64,000 nt of DNA. It comes from Camelus dromedarius. Lineage: Eukaryota. The notes beneath the pieces were generated by a model. That model did no database searches. It was given only the letters and a program-made list of their open reading frames with translations, and was not told where the DNA came from. This document shows positions 63,080 to 64,000 of this stretch, one piece after another (positions within the stretch are counted from its first letter, which is position 1; each line of letters opens with the position of its first letter). Location of the stretch: positions 19,222,001 through 19,286,000 of the forward strand of contig NC_087436.1 of NCBI RefSeq assembly GCF_036321535.1, read 5' to 3'. Both the position numbers and the translations under genes were made by a program.

Positions 63080-64000
63080 CAAGCATTTAAAGTGTAGTGC
63101 TGGTCAGGAACAGACCAACAGGTCAATGGAACAAAGAACACTCAGAAACAGCCACAGTTATATATAAAAATTTAATTTATGATAAAGATGGTATTTCAAA
63201 ACAATTGGGAAAGGATGGCATATGTAATTGATGTGCTGAAACCATTGTTTATCTTTAAAGGAGCAAAATCTGTAATGTGTTCCCTACCTTACATCATCTA
63301 ATCAGATAGAATTATAAGTAACCCAGAATCAAATAGAGGACTGTGTTTGGGGAACACCTTCCTAATTAAAAAATCAATGTCAGGTGCAGAATAAACAATG
63401 ACTACAACATATGTGACTACATTAAAAATATTCATAGAGTGAAAAGTTAACTGAACAAAGTTAAAACACCAATAACAGAGCAGGAGAAGGATTTACAACA
63501 ACAACAAAAGCTAATGCTCATAAAACACAAATTATTTTTTAAAAAGATTCATAAAGAACAGAGAAGAAAGAAGAAAGGGAAAAGAAGAAAAGGAGACACA
63601 AGAAAGGGAACAGAAGAAAAAGAGAAAGAAAACGTAGTAGGAAAAGGACAAAGCATAGCATTTGAATTTAAGTTGTTATTAGTTTAAAATAGATTGTTAT
63701 AAATGTAAGATGCTCCAATAAGTGTTCCAAGTATATCCAATAAGACAGGCAGTCCAGTAAGTCGCTCCAATAAGACTGGACAGGCATGCGCAAAAGAATG
63801 AAACTGAATCACTGTCTTACACCAGACACCAAACTTAACTTTAAATGGATTAAAAGTTCAATGCAAGACTTGAAATCATAAAACTCCTAGAAGAAAACAC
63901 AGTGGGTAAGCTCCTTGACGTCAGTCTTGATGATGAATTTTTTGGAATTGACACGAAAGCAAAGGCAACAAAACAAAAGCAAAATAAACAATGAGACTAC
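63080..64000 (+). mobile_element. Cluster of L1 fragments: old ORF2 pieces, an inter-ORF piece at ~63630-63715 and a younger ORF2 piece from ~63775 to the window end
   Basis: ATGGAACAAAGAACACTCAGAAAC...TATGATAAAGATGG; AAAAGAATGAAACTGAATCACTGTCTTACACCA...ATAAAACTCCTAGAAGAAAACA. Confidence 0.8.

Overview
This is AT-rich, CpG-depleted mammalian genomic DNA, not prokaryotic. Five tRNA-derived SINEs matching my recollection of the camelid Vic-1 family, plus artiodactyl-type L1 ends, point to a camelid (alpaca, llama or camel). I can support no protein-coding gene: the supplied ORFs are chance ORFs, microsatellite read-throughs or decayed L1 fragments. Roughly half the window is transposon-derived (L1 of several ages, L2, L3/CR1, MIR, SINEs, MaLR/ERV LTRs, and hAT/Tigger DNA elements), often nested, with readable target-site duplications (TSDs). 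The rest is repeat-poor sequence with motif clusters that may be enhancers, as in a long intron or gene desert. The best leads are: (1) a TSD-bounded ~670-bp chimeric retro-insertion at 57533-58198, joining an mRNA-like 3' end with AATAAA to opposite-strand L1 pieces; (2) a textbook recursive-splice-site motif (AG|GTGAGT) at 2432/2433; (3) an unclassified ~840-bp insert inside an L2 at 42222-43060. I found no convincing new biological system. Repeat family names come from recalled consensus sequences, not a search, and boundaries without TSDs are approximate.
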